Source: Candidatus Uhrbacteria bacterium
GTDB lineage: Bacteria > Patescibacteriota > Patescibacteriia > 2-12-FULL-60-25
Length of the DNA: 58,249 nt
Assembly (NCBI GenBank): GCA_023246415.1
Contig: JAHFIK010000002.1
Coordinates: 1 to 58,249, forward strand
Direction: 5' to 3'
Shown here piece after piece: positions 46,927 to 56,299 of the stretch (within the stretch, counting starts at the first letter, position 1; each line of letters starts with the position of its first letter). The notes under the pieces are model-generated. The model was not told the origin of the DNA. It did no database searches and saw only the letters and a list, made by a program, of their open reading frames with translations. Position numbers and translations under genes: made by a program.

Positions 46927-48045
46927 ATGCCACGATCAGATATCAGACAGCCGATTGATCGGATTCTGCTTTGGCTCATCGTCGGGCTGTCGATCTTTGG
47001 CGTCGTCATGCTGTTGTCTGCGTCTGGGCCAATTTCGTTTCAGGCCTACAGCGATCCGATTTATTTCGTTCGTCGCCAGATTCTTTTGGGATTGCTTCCG
47101 GGGGCCGCGCTGTTTTTCATCTGCTCGCGATTGGATGCTCGCATGTTCGAACGAATGGCGGTGCCGGCGTTCTTCGTGACGATTTTTTTGCTCTTGATTG
47201 TGTTTGTGCCGGGGATCGGTCACGCGGTCGGCGGATCGCGTTCCTGGGTTCGTATTTTCGGGATGCAATTTCAGCCAACGGAGTTCGCAAAGTTTACGTT
47301 CTTGATTTACATCTCCGCGTGGCTCGCGTCCTGGGGGACGCAGTCGAAGATGACGCTTGAACGGGCGATTTCGTATTTCGGGGCACTGGGTCTCGTCGTC
47401 CTGTTGCTGGTGATCGAGCCGGACACGGGAACCATGGCGGTCATCGCCGGGACGGCGATGTTACTCTATCTCGCAGCTGGCGCGCCGCTTATTTGGTTTG
47501 GAACAGTCAGCGGCGTGTTTTTGTCGCTCTTTGTGATTCTGGTGACCATCGCTCCGTATCGCGCGCGACGGATCATGACGTTTATTCATCCGGAACTTGA
47601 TCCAAAGGGGATTGGGTATCATATCAATCAAGCGATTCTGGCTGTGGGGAGCGGCGGACTCTTTGGGCTTGGATATGGTCAGTCGCGGCAAAAATATCTC
47701 TACCTTCCGGAAGCGCAGGGTGATTCGATTTTTGCCGTCATGGCGGAAGAGCTTGGTTTTTTTGCTGTCGTCATTGTCATTCTGGCGATCGGTGCGCTCG
47801 TCTGGCGCTGTTTTGCAATCGCGAAAAAAGCGAATACACGATTTGAATTATTGTTTGCGTCAGGGGTTGGGATCTGGGTGGGGATTCAAACCGTCATCAA
47901 TATCGCGTCGATGATTGGACTGATGCCAATGACGGGCGTGACGCTTCCGTTCGTGAGCTATGGAAACTCCAGTCTGGTGAGTCTCTTTGCCGCGCTTGGT
48001 GTTGTGGCCTCGATTGGCCGTCGAACACGGGCGCCATCCGTATGA
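46927..48045 (+). CDS. ftsW: SEDS peptidoglycan glycosyltransferase FtsW
   Basis: RSW, QP.EF.K, EPD.GT, G.G.S.QK..YLPE...D.IF...EE.G, G.TLPF.SYG.SS. Located between mraY and murG. Confidence 0.93.
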   Translation: MPRSDIRQPIDRILLWLIVGLSIFGVVMLLSASGPISFQAYSDPIYFVRRQILLGLLPGAALFFICSRLDARMFERMAVPAFFVTIFLLLIVFVPGIGHAVGGSRSWVRIFGMQFQPTEFAKFTFLIYISAWLASWGTQSKMTLERAISYFGALGLVVLLLVIEPDTGTMAVIAGTAMLLYLAAGAPLIWFGTVSGVFLSLFVILVTIAPYRARRIMTFIHPELDPKGIGYHINQAILAVGSGGLFGLGYGQSRQKYLYLPEAQGDSIFAVMAEELGFFAVVIVILAIGALVWRCFAIAKKANTRFELLFASGVGIWVGIQTVINIASMIGLMPMTGVTLPFVSYGNSSLVSLFAALGVVASIGRRTRAPSV

Positions 48046-49118
48046 CACGAGGCGTCTTGTTCGCAGGCGGTGGAACTGGCGGTCCTGTGACGCCATTGCT
48101 TGCGGTTGCGTCTCAGATGCTTCAGACCGATGCGACGATCCATCCGGTGTGGGCGGGGACTGATACGGGGCCGGAACGGGAATTGGTTGAGCCGTATGGG
48201 TTTCCGTATTTCGCTATTCCGATCGCAAAGCTTCCTCGGTATTTGTCCATGCAGTTGATTACGGCTCCATTTGATTACCTCAGAGCTCGTCGAACGGCAC
48301 GCGATATTATGAAGACGATTCGGCCGCGTGTCGTCATTAGTGCAGGAGGGTTTACGGCGGTTCCGGTTGTACATGCGGCAAACGCGTTCGGGATCCCTTG
48401 TATTTCTCATCAACTCGATTGCGTTCCCGGATTGAGTAATCGGCTGATTGCACGGCAGAGTCGATTTGTGACGACCTCGTTCGAATATTCGGATCGACCA
48501 TTTGGCCGTGGCGTTGAATCTCATGCGATTCCAACGCCCACGCGATTCGGTCGAAGCGATCTTCCGACCCGTGAAGAAGCGTGTGCCTTTTTCCATCTGA
48601 ATCCAGCTCGACCAGTGCTCTTTGTGACGGGCGGGGGAACAGGGGCGATTGCCCTCAATCGGGCGATTGAAGCGCTTGCAGAAGACTTGTTAACGGACAT
48701 GCAGATCATCCACCTCACCGGAAAGGGGAAGAATTCCCATTTTTCGGTTCAGCAGGATGGGTACGTTCGTTCGGATTTTTTCACGAGTGAGATGATGACG
48801 GCATACGCCGCCGCGGATTTGGTTGTTTCTCGCGCAGGGATCGGGGCAATCGCGGAGCTCGCGGCGTGCGCGAAGCCGGTTATTCTTGTTCCGTTGCCGG
48901 ATTCGCCACAGGAAGCAAATGCTCGGGCCCTTGAGGACGCGGTGCGTGTGATTGAGCAGGAGGGAAAGCGCGCGTGGATTGATTTTCTCGGGTTTACGAT
49001 TCGAGATCTGATGGCGAACGATGATGATCGCCGCCAACTCGGTGAATCGCTCTATGACGCGTTTCCAACGGATCGCGGAGAAACTTTGGCGGATATCGCA
49101 TTTCGGTTGATGAAATAA
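48042..49118 (+). CDS. murG: UDP-GlcNAc:lipid I transferase MurG
   Basis: GGGTGG, GGF, PGL.N, SRAG, P.....Q..NA. Confidence 0.92.
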   Translation: MTRGVLFAGGGTGGPVTPLLAVASQMLQTDATIHPVWAGTDTGPERELVEPYGFPYFAIPIAKLPRYLSMQLITAPFDYLRARRTARDIMKTIRPRVVISAGGFTAVPVVHAANAFGIPCISHQLDCVPGLSNRLIARQSRFVTTSFEYSDRPFGRGVESHAIPTPTRFGRSDLPTREEACAFFHLNPARPVLFVTGGGTGAIALNRAIEALAEDLLTDMQIIHLTGKGKNSHFSVQQDGYVRSDFFTSEMMTAYAAADLVVSRAGIGAIAELAACAKPVILVPLPDSPQEANARALEDAVRVIEQEGKRAWIDFLGFTIRDLMANDDDRRQLGESLYDAFPTDRGETLADIAFRLMK

Positions 49119-49140
49119 GGATGATGAAAATAGATTCTTA

Positions 49141-49180
49141 AAAGAACAGGTCCTTGTTTCGGCAAGGACCTGTCTTTGTT
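49141..49180. terminator. Hairpin between convergent murG and protease genes
   Basis: acaggtccttg-tttcgg-caaggacctgt followed by ctttgtt. Confidence 0.7.
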
Positions 49181-49188
49181 GGAGGGGA

Positions 49189-50379
49189 TCAGGGGTTGTA
49201 ATCACGGAGACGCCACGCGCCATGCTCAAGCATCCAGACGAGCTCGACATCAGATCCGCGCTGAAGGCTGATCATGATGCGAACGGTTGCATCGGATTTC
49301 GTGACGTCATCGTTCGGATTCAGCCGAGTACATTGCTCGTCTTTCGCGACACCCCCGCGAGTCTCATAGAGATATCGGAGTGCCATGACGAGCGACGCAC
49401 GAAGCGTGTATGCGGGATCCTTGAAAAAGGACGGGATGACCTGTTGCGAGGCGCCCGGAATGTTCTCGACGAGTCGCTGATACGCCTGGTTGCCTTGTTC
49501 TGCCATGAGGCTATTTGAGATGAATGAAACGAGGAGTGTGTGATCCGAACTCGTTGAAGAGAGTTCCCCGTTAAATTTTCGGCATCGATCTTTGAGTTGA
49601 TCTGCGAGCCACGTCGCGTCTGTTCGTTTTTCACGAAAGAGCTCGGCGTCTTGGATCGCTTTTTGGATGGCCGTTGCCGGAACCGCCAAAAAGGCATCAT
49701 GGAGTTGCGTGAGAATGGCGGTGTTGACGCCGATGACCTCATGAGCCTTTGTGAGGAGAGGTCCGCCGCTGGATCCGGGGTCAATCGCGGCCGTGTGTTT
49801 CACCCAGCAATCGTCTCCATGTGTTGACTCCTTGGTCAATTCCCGATCATGCAGACAGGGATTTGAGATATTCCCATGCGTTTCCTGATAGCTTCCGTCC
49901 TGGTTCATCGACGGATAGCCGACGGCGAACACGTCCTGGATATTTGCCGAGGTTGCGTTCAGTGTTAGGCCTGGAACGGACGCTCTGATTTCAAGGATAG
50001 CGAGATCGAGACGACGGTCTGAGAAGAGGATGTGGCCAAGATATTGCGTCTCGTCGTGATCGAACGAGACCCTCGGCTGATCCGCATCGGCAATGACATG
50101 CTGATTGGTGATGACGAGCGACGTTGCGGCGGTTTGGATCAGACGCTCGCTCTTGATGACGAACCCGCTTCCGAATCCTTCGCTGAGTGCGAGATTCAGA
50201 TAGGTTTTGCGATAAATCTCCGGAAGCGTATCGTCGACTCCGAGTTCAATCCCTTTCTTTCGAATGGGTTCTGAAGCCCGGACACGAATCATCGCGACGG
50301 ATTTTTTTGGGTCACTCGTCCCGCACGAGAGGAAGATGAGCGTGAAAAAAAGAGAACACAGTGTTCGAATCGACCACAC
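49189..50379 (-). CDS. Trypsin-like (S1C/HtrA-like, no PDZ) serine protease, putative lipoprotein
   Basis: GSGF, TNQH, DLAIL and IDPGSSGGPL triad motifs. Lipobox-like IFLSC after the probable GTG start at 50379. Confidence 0.8.
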   Translation of the reverse strand: MWSIRTLCSLFFTLIFLSCGTSDPKKSVAMIRVRASEPIRKKGIELGVDDTLPEIYRKTYLNLALSEGFGSGFVIKSERLIQTAATSLVITNQHVIADADQPRVSFDHDETQYLGHILFSDRRLDLAILEIRASVPGLTLNATSANIQDVFAVGYPSMNQDGSYQETHGNISNPCLHDRELTKESTHGDDCWVKHTAAIDPGSSGGPLLTKAHEVIGVNTAILTQLHDAFLAVPATAIQKAIQDAELFREKRTDATWLADQLKDRCRKFNGELSSTSSDHTLLVSFISNSLMAEQGNQAYQRLVENIPGASQQVIPSFFKDPAYTLRASLVMALRYLYETRGGVAKDEQCTRLNPNDDVTKSDATVRIMISLQRGSDVELVWMLEHGAWRLRDYNP

Positions 50380-50503
50380 GGGGCACCTCTGCTGATCTGT
50401 TTGATCTCTGATGTGAAGGTCCGTACAGAACCCTGAAACAGAAAGAAATGTCGCATATCTTAGACGGGGCGTCAAAGGCGTGGATGAGCGATTGATTCAG
50501 GAA

Positions 50504-50540
50504 AATAAAGACACCCCGAGGAATTCGGGGTGTCTTTATT
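50504..50540 (-). terminator. Terminator hairpin downstream of tRNA-Lys
   Basis: aataaagacaccccga-ggaat-tcggggtgtctttatt, a perfect 16-bp stem. Confidence 0.75.
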
Positions 50541-50616
50541 GGTGACCCGGGTGGGATTCGAACCCACGACCGTTGGCTTAAAAGGCCACTGCTCTACCAG
50601 GCTGAGCTACCGAGTC
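50540..50616 (-). tRNA. tRNA-Lys (anticodon UUU), CCA encoded
   Basis: Reverse complement folds as GACTCGG TA GCTC AGCCTGGTA GAGC A GTGGC CT-TTT-AA GCCAA CGGTC GTGGG TTCGAAT CCCAC CCGGGTC A CCA. Confidence 0.95.
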
Positions 50617-50663
50617 TTGGAAAGTGGTACAATACTAGCCGAAAACGCTGAACAAATCAAGGC

Positions 50664-51788
50664 ATGCGCATTGCAATGATCGGATGTAAAGGGGTCCCCG
50701 CGACCATGGCGTACGGGGGCGGTGTTGAGCGACACGTTGAACAGCTGGCGCCACGGATCGCGAAACAGGGCCACGAGGTCACGATTTACGTTCGTCCGTA
50801 TACGAATCCGAGACAGAAACGGACGTGGAACGGGTGCCATCTCGTGACGATTCCAACGATTCGGCGGAAACATGTTGAGACGATTGCGCATGTCTTTTTT
50901 TCCACGGTGCATGCTATTTTCCAAAAGTACGACGTGATTCATTATCACGGGGTTGGACCATCGACGGTGGCGTGGATTCCGCGCGTGTTCTCACCTCGGA
51001 CGAAAATCGTTGTGACATTCCATTCTCGAGATCGATTCCACGAGAAGTGGAATTTTCTTGCTCGAACGTATCTCGCGATCGGGGAGTGGACGGCTGTTCG
51101 GGTTCCGCATGCAACGATTGCGGTTTCACATGTGATCCAACGGTTCTGCATGCAGATGTTCAATGTGAAGCCGCTCTTTATCCCGAATGGAATTGAGCCG
51201 CCTTCACGGCGCGTGGCAACAGACGCGATTGAACGGATGGGGTTGAAGCCAAACGGCTATTTTCTTGGGTTGGGGCGTCTCGTGCCGCACAAGGCCTACG
51301 ACGTCGCACTGGATGCCTTTTTAACAGTTCCAACGGATCTCAATTTCGCGATCGTCGGTGATGCCGGATATGACGAACGGTATGCAGAACGGTTGTATGC
51401 CATGGCGGAACGCGATCCACGCGTCCGCATGCTCGGTTTTCAAACGGGCCGTGAACTTGAACAGCTGCTCGCGCATTGCTATGCGCTCATCCATCCTTCA
51501 CGGAGTGAAGGATTGTCCGTTGCGGTCCTCGAAGCGATGTCTTATGGGAAGGTGGTGATCATGAGCGATATCCCTGAGAACCTTGAGCTCGTCGATCACT
51601 CGAATATTAGTTTTCCAACGGATAACGTGAAACGGTTGCGCGACACGCTGTCTTGGCTCGCAGAAGATCCGGCAATGCTCCGCGAACGTGGTGAGCGCGC
51701 ACGGCAGGTGGTGATCAAACATTATAATTGGGACTCGATTGCGATAAAGACAGAGCAGGTGTATCGCACGTTGCATAGCCAGCGGTGA
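50664..51788 (+). CDS. Glycosyltransferase family 4
   Basis: GG.E.HV, IPNG, GRLVP.K, SEGLS.AVLEAMSYG, SDIP. Confidence 0.92.
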   Translation: MRIAMIGCKGVPATMAYGGGVERHVEQLAPRIAKQGHEVTIYVRPYTNPRQKRTWNGCHLVTIPTIRRKHVETIAHVFFSTVHAIFQKYDVIHYHGVGPSTVAWIPRVFSPRTKIVVTFHSRDRFHEKWNFLARTYLAIGEWTAVRVPHATIAVSHVIQRFCMQMFNVKPLFIPNGIEPPSRRVATDAIERMGLKPNGYFLGLGRLVPHKAYDVALDAFLTVPTDLNFAIVGDAGYDERYAERLYAMAERDPRVRMLGFQTGRELEQLLAHCYALIHPSRSEGLSVAVLEAMSYGKVVIMSDIPENLELVDHSNISFPTDNVKRLRDTLSWLAEDPAMLRERGERARQVVIKHYNWDSIAIKTEQVYRTLHSQR

Positions 51789-51885
51789 AGCGATGGAGCG
51801 CCTGTGTCGCGTTTTCACTTGCGTAACTGTTGCGAGCTCCGTAGTCTGAGACGAAACATCATGATTTATTCATCACGCGCGTTCC

Positions 51886-52479
51886 ATGTGTATCTCTATG
51901 CTTGATCAAACAGCGCTTTCCGCGGTCGTACGTTCCTATAAGGCGATGACGGTTCGTCGTCGCGAGCTCCAGCAACTTTCTTCGGATATCTTAAGTGCAT
52001 CCAAGCGGGCGATTTTTGCAGTTCAGCGAGGGATGAAAGGGGATGCAGATCGTGAACTCAAAGAGGCGCGATCACTCGTGATGCGCGGGAAGAAAGTCGT
52101 TGGAACGGATCGACGTCTTCTCTCCGAGGGCGCCTGGCGCGCTGCGCTGGAGGAGTTTGCGGAAAGTGCGATGTATCGAGATGCGATGTTTGCGTCGATG
52201 ATCAAGGTTCCGAAAGAGATCGCGGACGATCCAGATGTCGTCATTGGTGCACTGTCGGATGTGACCGGGGAGTGTACGCGTTCCTGCGTGCTCGCCGCGA
52301 CCCGAAGAGATCGGGTCGAGGTTGAGCGTCTCTCTGAGATTGTTCGTGGCGGGGTCGCCTTTTTACTCGAACTTGATTTGACGGGATCACTTCGCCAGAA
52401 ATTTGACCAAGCAAAACAGAATTTACGAAAAGTAGAGGAGATTGCGTTTAGTCTTTCATTGTCGCGGGCGATTGAATGA
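51886..52479 (+). CDS. Translin/Trax-family protein
   Basis: All-helical, ~195 aa. RRE.....S..I...SKRAIF, A.EEF.E, GAL.DVTGE..R and LRQKFD match translin-family motifs. Confidence 0.75.
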   Translation: MCISMLDQTALSAVVRSYKAMTVRRRELQQLSSDILSASKRAIFAVQRGMKGDADRELKEARSLVMRGKKVVGTDRRLLSEGAWRAALEEFAESAMYRDAMFASMIKVPKEIADDPDVVIGALSDVTGECTRSCVLAATRRDRVEVERLSEIVRGGVAFLLELDLTGSLRQKFDQAKQNLRKVEEIAFSLSLSRAIE

Positions 52480-52510
52480 TCAGGTGATAGAACGGGGATT
52501 GAGGGGCCTA

Positions 52511-52540
52511 TTGACACCCTAGCGCCACATTCATTATAGT
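52511..52540 (+). promoter_or_regulatory. sigma70 promoter of the hrcA operon
   Basis: TTGACA-N18-TATAGT. Confidence 0.7.
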
Positions 52541-52541
52541 G

Positions 52542-52568
52542 CTAGCACTCAATGAGGTAGAGTGCTAG
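52542..52568. promoter_or_regulatory. CIRCE operator (HrcA binding site)
   Basis: CTAGCACTC-N9-GAGTGCTAG, against the consensus TTAGCACTC-N9-GAGTGCTAA. Confidence 0.92.
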
Positions 52569-52570
52569 TT

Positions 52571-53251
52571 ATGGACCAGCGCATTGAAGACGTCCTTGAA
52601 TACGTGATTGCAGATTATATTCGAACCGCCGAGCCTGTGAGCTCTAGTGCGGTTGTTCAGGCGCACAAACTTTCAGTGAGTTCTGCAACGATTCGAAATT
52701 GGTTTGCCATTCTTGAAGAGGAGGGGTTCCTTGTCCAACCGCATACGTCCGCTGGTCGGATTCCGTCGCCAAAGGCGTATGAGTGGTATGTTGATCGGCT
52801 TGGGACGGCAACACCGACGTCGGCGGAAGTAAAACTCGTCAAACACGCGGTGACCCCATCAACCGATATCGGGACTCAAGCAAAGCAGATCGCAAAAGCC
52901 TGTGCAGAATATATTGGTGCCGCCATGCTCGTCGGAACGAATGAATCGGACGCCTACTATACCGGACTCACGACACTGTTCAGCCAGCCGGAATTTCATG
53001 ATTGGGCGCGCGTGGTCTCCATGGGATCGGTCCTTGATCGATTGGATCGTGAATTAACCGCGCTTCGATTGAAAACCTATGACGCGCCGACCGTGTTGAT
53101 CGGGAACGCCTGTCCGTTTGGTGCAGGATGCGCGGCCGTCGTTCTCACGATCGATGCGAACGCCTTCATCGCCGCATTTGGACCGGTTCGCATGGACTAC
53201 AAAAAAGCTCGAAATATTCTTGTTGCGACACAACACCTCTTTTGTCATTGA
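52571..53251 (+). CDS. hrcA: Heat-inducible transcription repressor HrcA (compact)
   Basis: YI.TAEPVSS, SSATIRN, LEEEG.L.QPHTSAGRIPS, GP.RMDY. Confidence 0.93.
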   Translation: MDQRIEDVLEYVIADYIRTAEPVSSSAVVQAHKLSVSSATIRNWFAILEEEGFLVQPHTSAGRIPSPKAYEWYVDRLGTATPTSAEVKLVKHAVTPSTDIGTQAKQIAKACAEYIGAAMLVGTNESDAYYTGLTTLFSQPEFHDWARVVSMGSVLDRLDRELTALRLKTYDAPTVLIGNACPFGAGCAAVVLTIDANAFIAAFGPVRMDYKKARNILVATQHLFCH

Positions 53252-53252
53252 T

Positions 53253-53819
53253 ATGACCGACACACAACACACACCAACGACTGATTCAGACGCTTCGAAT
53301 CCAGATGAATCGACGCGGACCGAGGAAACAGTGGCTGCGGAACAGGATCCGATCGAAATCTTAAAAAAAGAACGGGACGAATATCTTTCCGGATGGCGTC
53401 GGGCGAAAGCAGATTACGAGAATCTTCTGAGAGATACGCAACGTGCGAAGGAAGAGTATGTAAAGTTCGCAAACGAACAGGCGCTATTGAGATTATTGCC
53501 AGCGATTGATCAATACGATGTTGCGCTCTCGTTCGCTCCTTCGTTTGACGTGATTCCGCAAGCTGCGGTCAAACCCTTTGAAAATTGGATGATCGGGCTC
53601 GAAGCGGTTCGCTCCCTGTGGATTGAAGCGGCTCGGGAACTTGGCCTTGAGAAGATTGCGGTCACCGGCGTCTTTAATCCGAATCTGCACGAAGCCGTTG
53701 GTGATGAGGTCTCAGAAACGGTGCCGGCAGGTCAGATTATTCGCGCCACGGTGAACGGTTGGACGCTGAACGGAAAAGTGATTCGCGCCGCAAAAGTGAT
53801 TGTTTCGAAAAACAATTAA
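53253..53819 (+). CDS. grpE: Nucleotide exchange factor GrpE
   Basis: R..ADYEN, LLP..D, FNP.LHEA, GW.L..KVIR.AKV.V. Confidence 0.93.
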   Translation: MTDTQHTPTTDSDASNPDESTRTEETVAAEQDPIEILKKERDEYLSGWRRAKADYENLLRDTQRAKEEYVKFANEQALLRLLPAIDQYDVALSFAPSFDVIPQAAVKPFENWMIGLEAVRSLWIEAARELGLEKIAVTGVFNPNLHEAVGDEVSETVPAGQIIRATVNGWTLNGKVIRAAKVIVSKNN

Positions 53820-53846
53820 TCTTATTCATTCTCATCATATACATCT

Positions 53847-54275
53847 ATGAGACTCATCCCATGGCAACCCCTCTTTGATGAAGATGGGTTTGACCGATTC
53901 ATCCAGCCCATGCGCGGCATGATGCCAACCGTTGGGACCGACATTTTTCCGCCAGTGGATATCTACGAAGATGGCGAAAAACTCGTGGTTGAAACACCGA
54001 TCGCAGGAATTGATCCGGCGAAGATTGACGTCTCTGTTGAGAAGGACGTCCTGACGATTAAGGGAGCGATGGAACGGAAGACAGAGGTTGATGAAAAGAA
54101 TTATTACAGAAAGGAAGTACGGAGCGGATCGCTCTTTCGGACCATTCCGCTTCCGGTTCATGTCCTAGAGCGCGGAGCAAACGCGACCTATGAAAATGGC
54201 ATGCTGAAGATCGAAATCCCAAAAGGAACGGAAGAGAAGACATCGATTAAGATCGAAGTGAAGCCGAAGAAATAA
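53847..54275 (+). CDS. Small heat-shock protein Hsp20
   Basis: PPVDIYE, L.IKG, R.I.LP, A.YENGML.I.IPK and a C-terminal IEV motif. Confidence 0.93.
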   Translation: MRLIPWQPLFDEDGFDRFIQPMRGMMPTVGTDIFPPVDIYEDGEKLVVETPIAGIDPAKIDVSVEKDVLTIKGAMERKTEVDEKNYYRKEVRSGSLFRTIPLPVHVLERGANATYENGMLKIEIPKGTEEKTSIKIEVKPKK

Positions 54276-54322
54276 GAATACGAATATCAATCATTACTCC
54301 ATTAGAGACGTAGAAACACAGT

Positions 54323-56248
54323 ATGCCGAAAATTTTAGGAATTGATCTTGGAACGACAAACTCCTGCATGGCGGTCGTGGAAGGTGGTCAGCCGAAAGTG
54401 CTGGAGAACGCCGAAGGAAATCGAACGACCCCATCCGTGGTCGCCTTTGCAAAGGGCGGAGAAATTTTGGTTGGACAACAGGCAAAACGGCAGTCTGTCG
54501 TCAATCCGCGAAACACCTTCTTTTCCGTGAAACGACTCATCGGTCGTCGGTGGTCGGATACGGAGCTCCAGCGGGACCTTGCATGGCTCCCGTACAAGAT
54601 TGTGCAGAGCGGCGAAGGGGTCCGGGTGGAATTGGAAGACGGATCAAAGCAGTATTCGCCGGAAGAAGTGTCTGCCATGGTGCTCCAGAAGTTGAAGCGC
54701 GATGCAGAGGCACGGATCGGAGAAAAAATTACGCAAGCCGTGATTACGGTTCCGGCGTATTTTGACGATAGTCAGCGCCAGGCGACAAAAATCGCGGGTG
54801 AAATTGCTGGGCTTGAGGTGCTTCGGATTATCAACGAGCCGACCGCCGCAGCGCTTGCGTACGGATTTGATCGAAAGAAGGATGAAAAAGTGGTTGTCTA
54901 TGACTTGGGCGGCGGAACATTCGATGTGTCCGTCCTTGAGGTCGCATACGATGCGGCGACGACGCAGAATACGGTTGAAGTTCGTGCCACGAACGGTGAT
55001 ACGCATCTTGGCGGCGATGACTTTGACCAAAAAATCATTGGATGGATTGTTGATGAGTTCAAGAAGGCGGAGGGGATTGATCTTTCAAAAGATCATCTTG
55101 CACTCCAGCGCATCAAAGAAGCAGCTGAGAAGGCAAAAATTGAGCTCTCACATGCCGTTGAGACAGAAATCAATCAGCCATTCATTACGAGTGATGCGGC
55201 GGGTCCAAAACATCTCTTATTGAAGATGACGCGAGCCACGCTGGAAGAATTGGTCGGGGACTTGGTTCGAAAGACGCTTGAGCCATGCAAGAAGGCGCTC
55301 GCAGATGCGGGACTTTCAACGAACGAGATTCATGAGGTTATTTTGGTCGGCGGGATGACGCGCATGCCGCTCGTTCAGCAGGAAGTTGAAAAGTTCTTTG
55401 GGAAAAAGCCAAACGTGACCGTGAATCCAGATGAAGTCGTCTCGCTGGGTGCGGCGGTACAGGCGGGAAACCTTCAGGGGGATATTAAGGGTGATCTCTT
55501 GTTGCTTGATGTCACGCCTCTATCGTTCGGATTAGAGACGCTCGGCGGAGTCTTCACCAAGATTATCGAACGGAATACGACGATCCCAACATCGAAGTCA
55601 CAGGTGTTCTCGACCGCGCAGGATGGTCAGCCAAGCGTTGAGATTCACGTCTTGCAAGGCGAACGCGAGATGGCGGCAGATAACCGTTCCCTGGGTCGAT
55701 TCATGCTCTCCGGGATTCCTCCAGCACCACGCGGCGTTCCGCAGATCGAAGTTTCATTCGATATTGATGCAAACGGGATCTTGAGCGTGAAAGCGAAAGA
55801 TCGCGCGACGAATAAGGAACAGCAGATCACAATCACAGCGTCGACCAATCTTTCGAAGGATGAAATCGAACGCATGAAGAAAGAGGCGGAAACGAATGCG
55901 GAATCTGACAAGAAACGTCGCGAGATGATTGAAGTGAAGAACATGGGGGAGACGATGGTGTATACGACAGAGAAGATGTTGAAAGAAGCGGGTGATAAAG
56001 TGACCGCCGATGAGCGCAAGCCGGTCGATGAAAAATTGGACGCGTTGAAGGCAGCGCTGAAGGGCGAGGAAATTGAGACGATCAAGCAGGCATCGGATGC
56101 GCTCGCAACCGCGGCGCAGGCGATTGGGGCGAAATTGTACGAACAGCAAAAGACGACCGAAAATGACTCGACAGGTGCACCAGGATCTGCTACGGACGCC
56201 GGTCAGGACGGTTCTGGCCCGGTTGAGGGCGAATTTACGCAGAAATAA
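54323..56248 (+). CDS. dnaK: Chaperone DnaK
   Basis: [51 protein letters not shown]. Confidence 0.99.
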   Translation: MPKILGIDLGTTNSCMAVVEGGQPKVLENAEGNRTTPSVVAFAKGGEILVGQQAKRQSVVNPRNTFFSVKRLIGRRWSDTELQRDLAWLPYKIVQSGEGVRVELEDGSKQYSPEEVSAMVLQKLKRDAEARIGEKITQAVITVPAYFDDSQRQATKIAGEIAGLEVLRIINEPTAAALAYGFDRKKDEKVVVYDLGGGTFDVSVLEVAYDAATTQNTVEVRATNGDTHLGGDDFDQKIIGWIVDEFKKAEGIDLSKDHLALQRIKEAAEKAKIELSHAVETEINQPFITSDAAGPKHLLLKMTRATLEELVGDLVRKTLEPCKKALADAGLSTNEIHEVILVGGMTRMPLVQQEVEKFFGKKPNVTVNPDEVVSLGAAVQAGNLQGDIKGDLLLLDVTPLSFGLETLGGVFTKIIERNTTIPTSKSQVFSTAQDGQPSVEIHVLQGEREMAADNRSLGRFMLSGIPPAPRGVPQIEVSFDIDANGILSVKAKDRATNKEQQITITASTNLSKDEIERMKKEAETNAESDKKRREMIEVKNMGETMVYTTEKMLKEAGDKVTADERKPVDEKLDALKAALKGEEIETIKQASDALATAAQAIGAKLYEQQKTTENDSTGAPGSATDAGQDGSGPVEGEFTQK

Positions 56249-56299
56249 GCGTGGTTTGCCCATCCACAGATGTCGGAAATGGGCGTAAAATACCAGTAT

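Noticed and set aside
49189-50616. tRNA-anchored genomic island or prophage
   Set aside because: No integrase and no duplicated tRNA 3' end were seen; the flanks are housekeeping genes.
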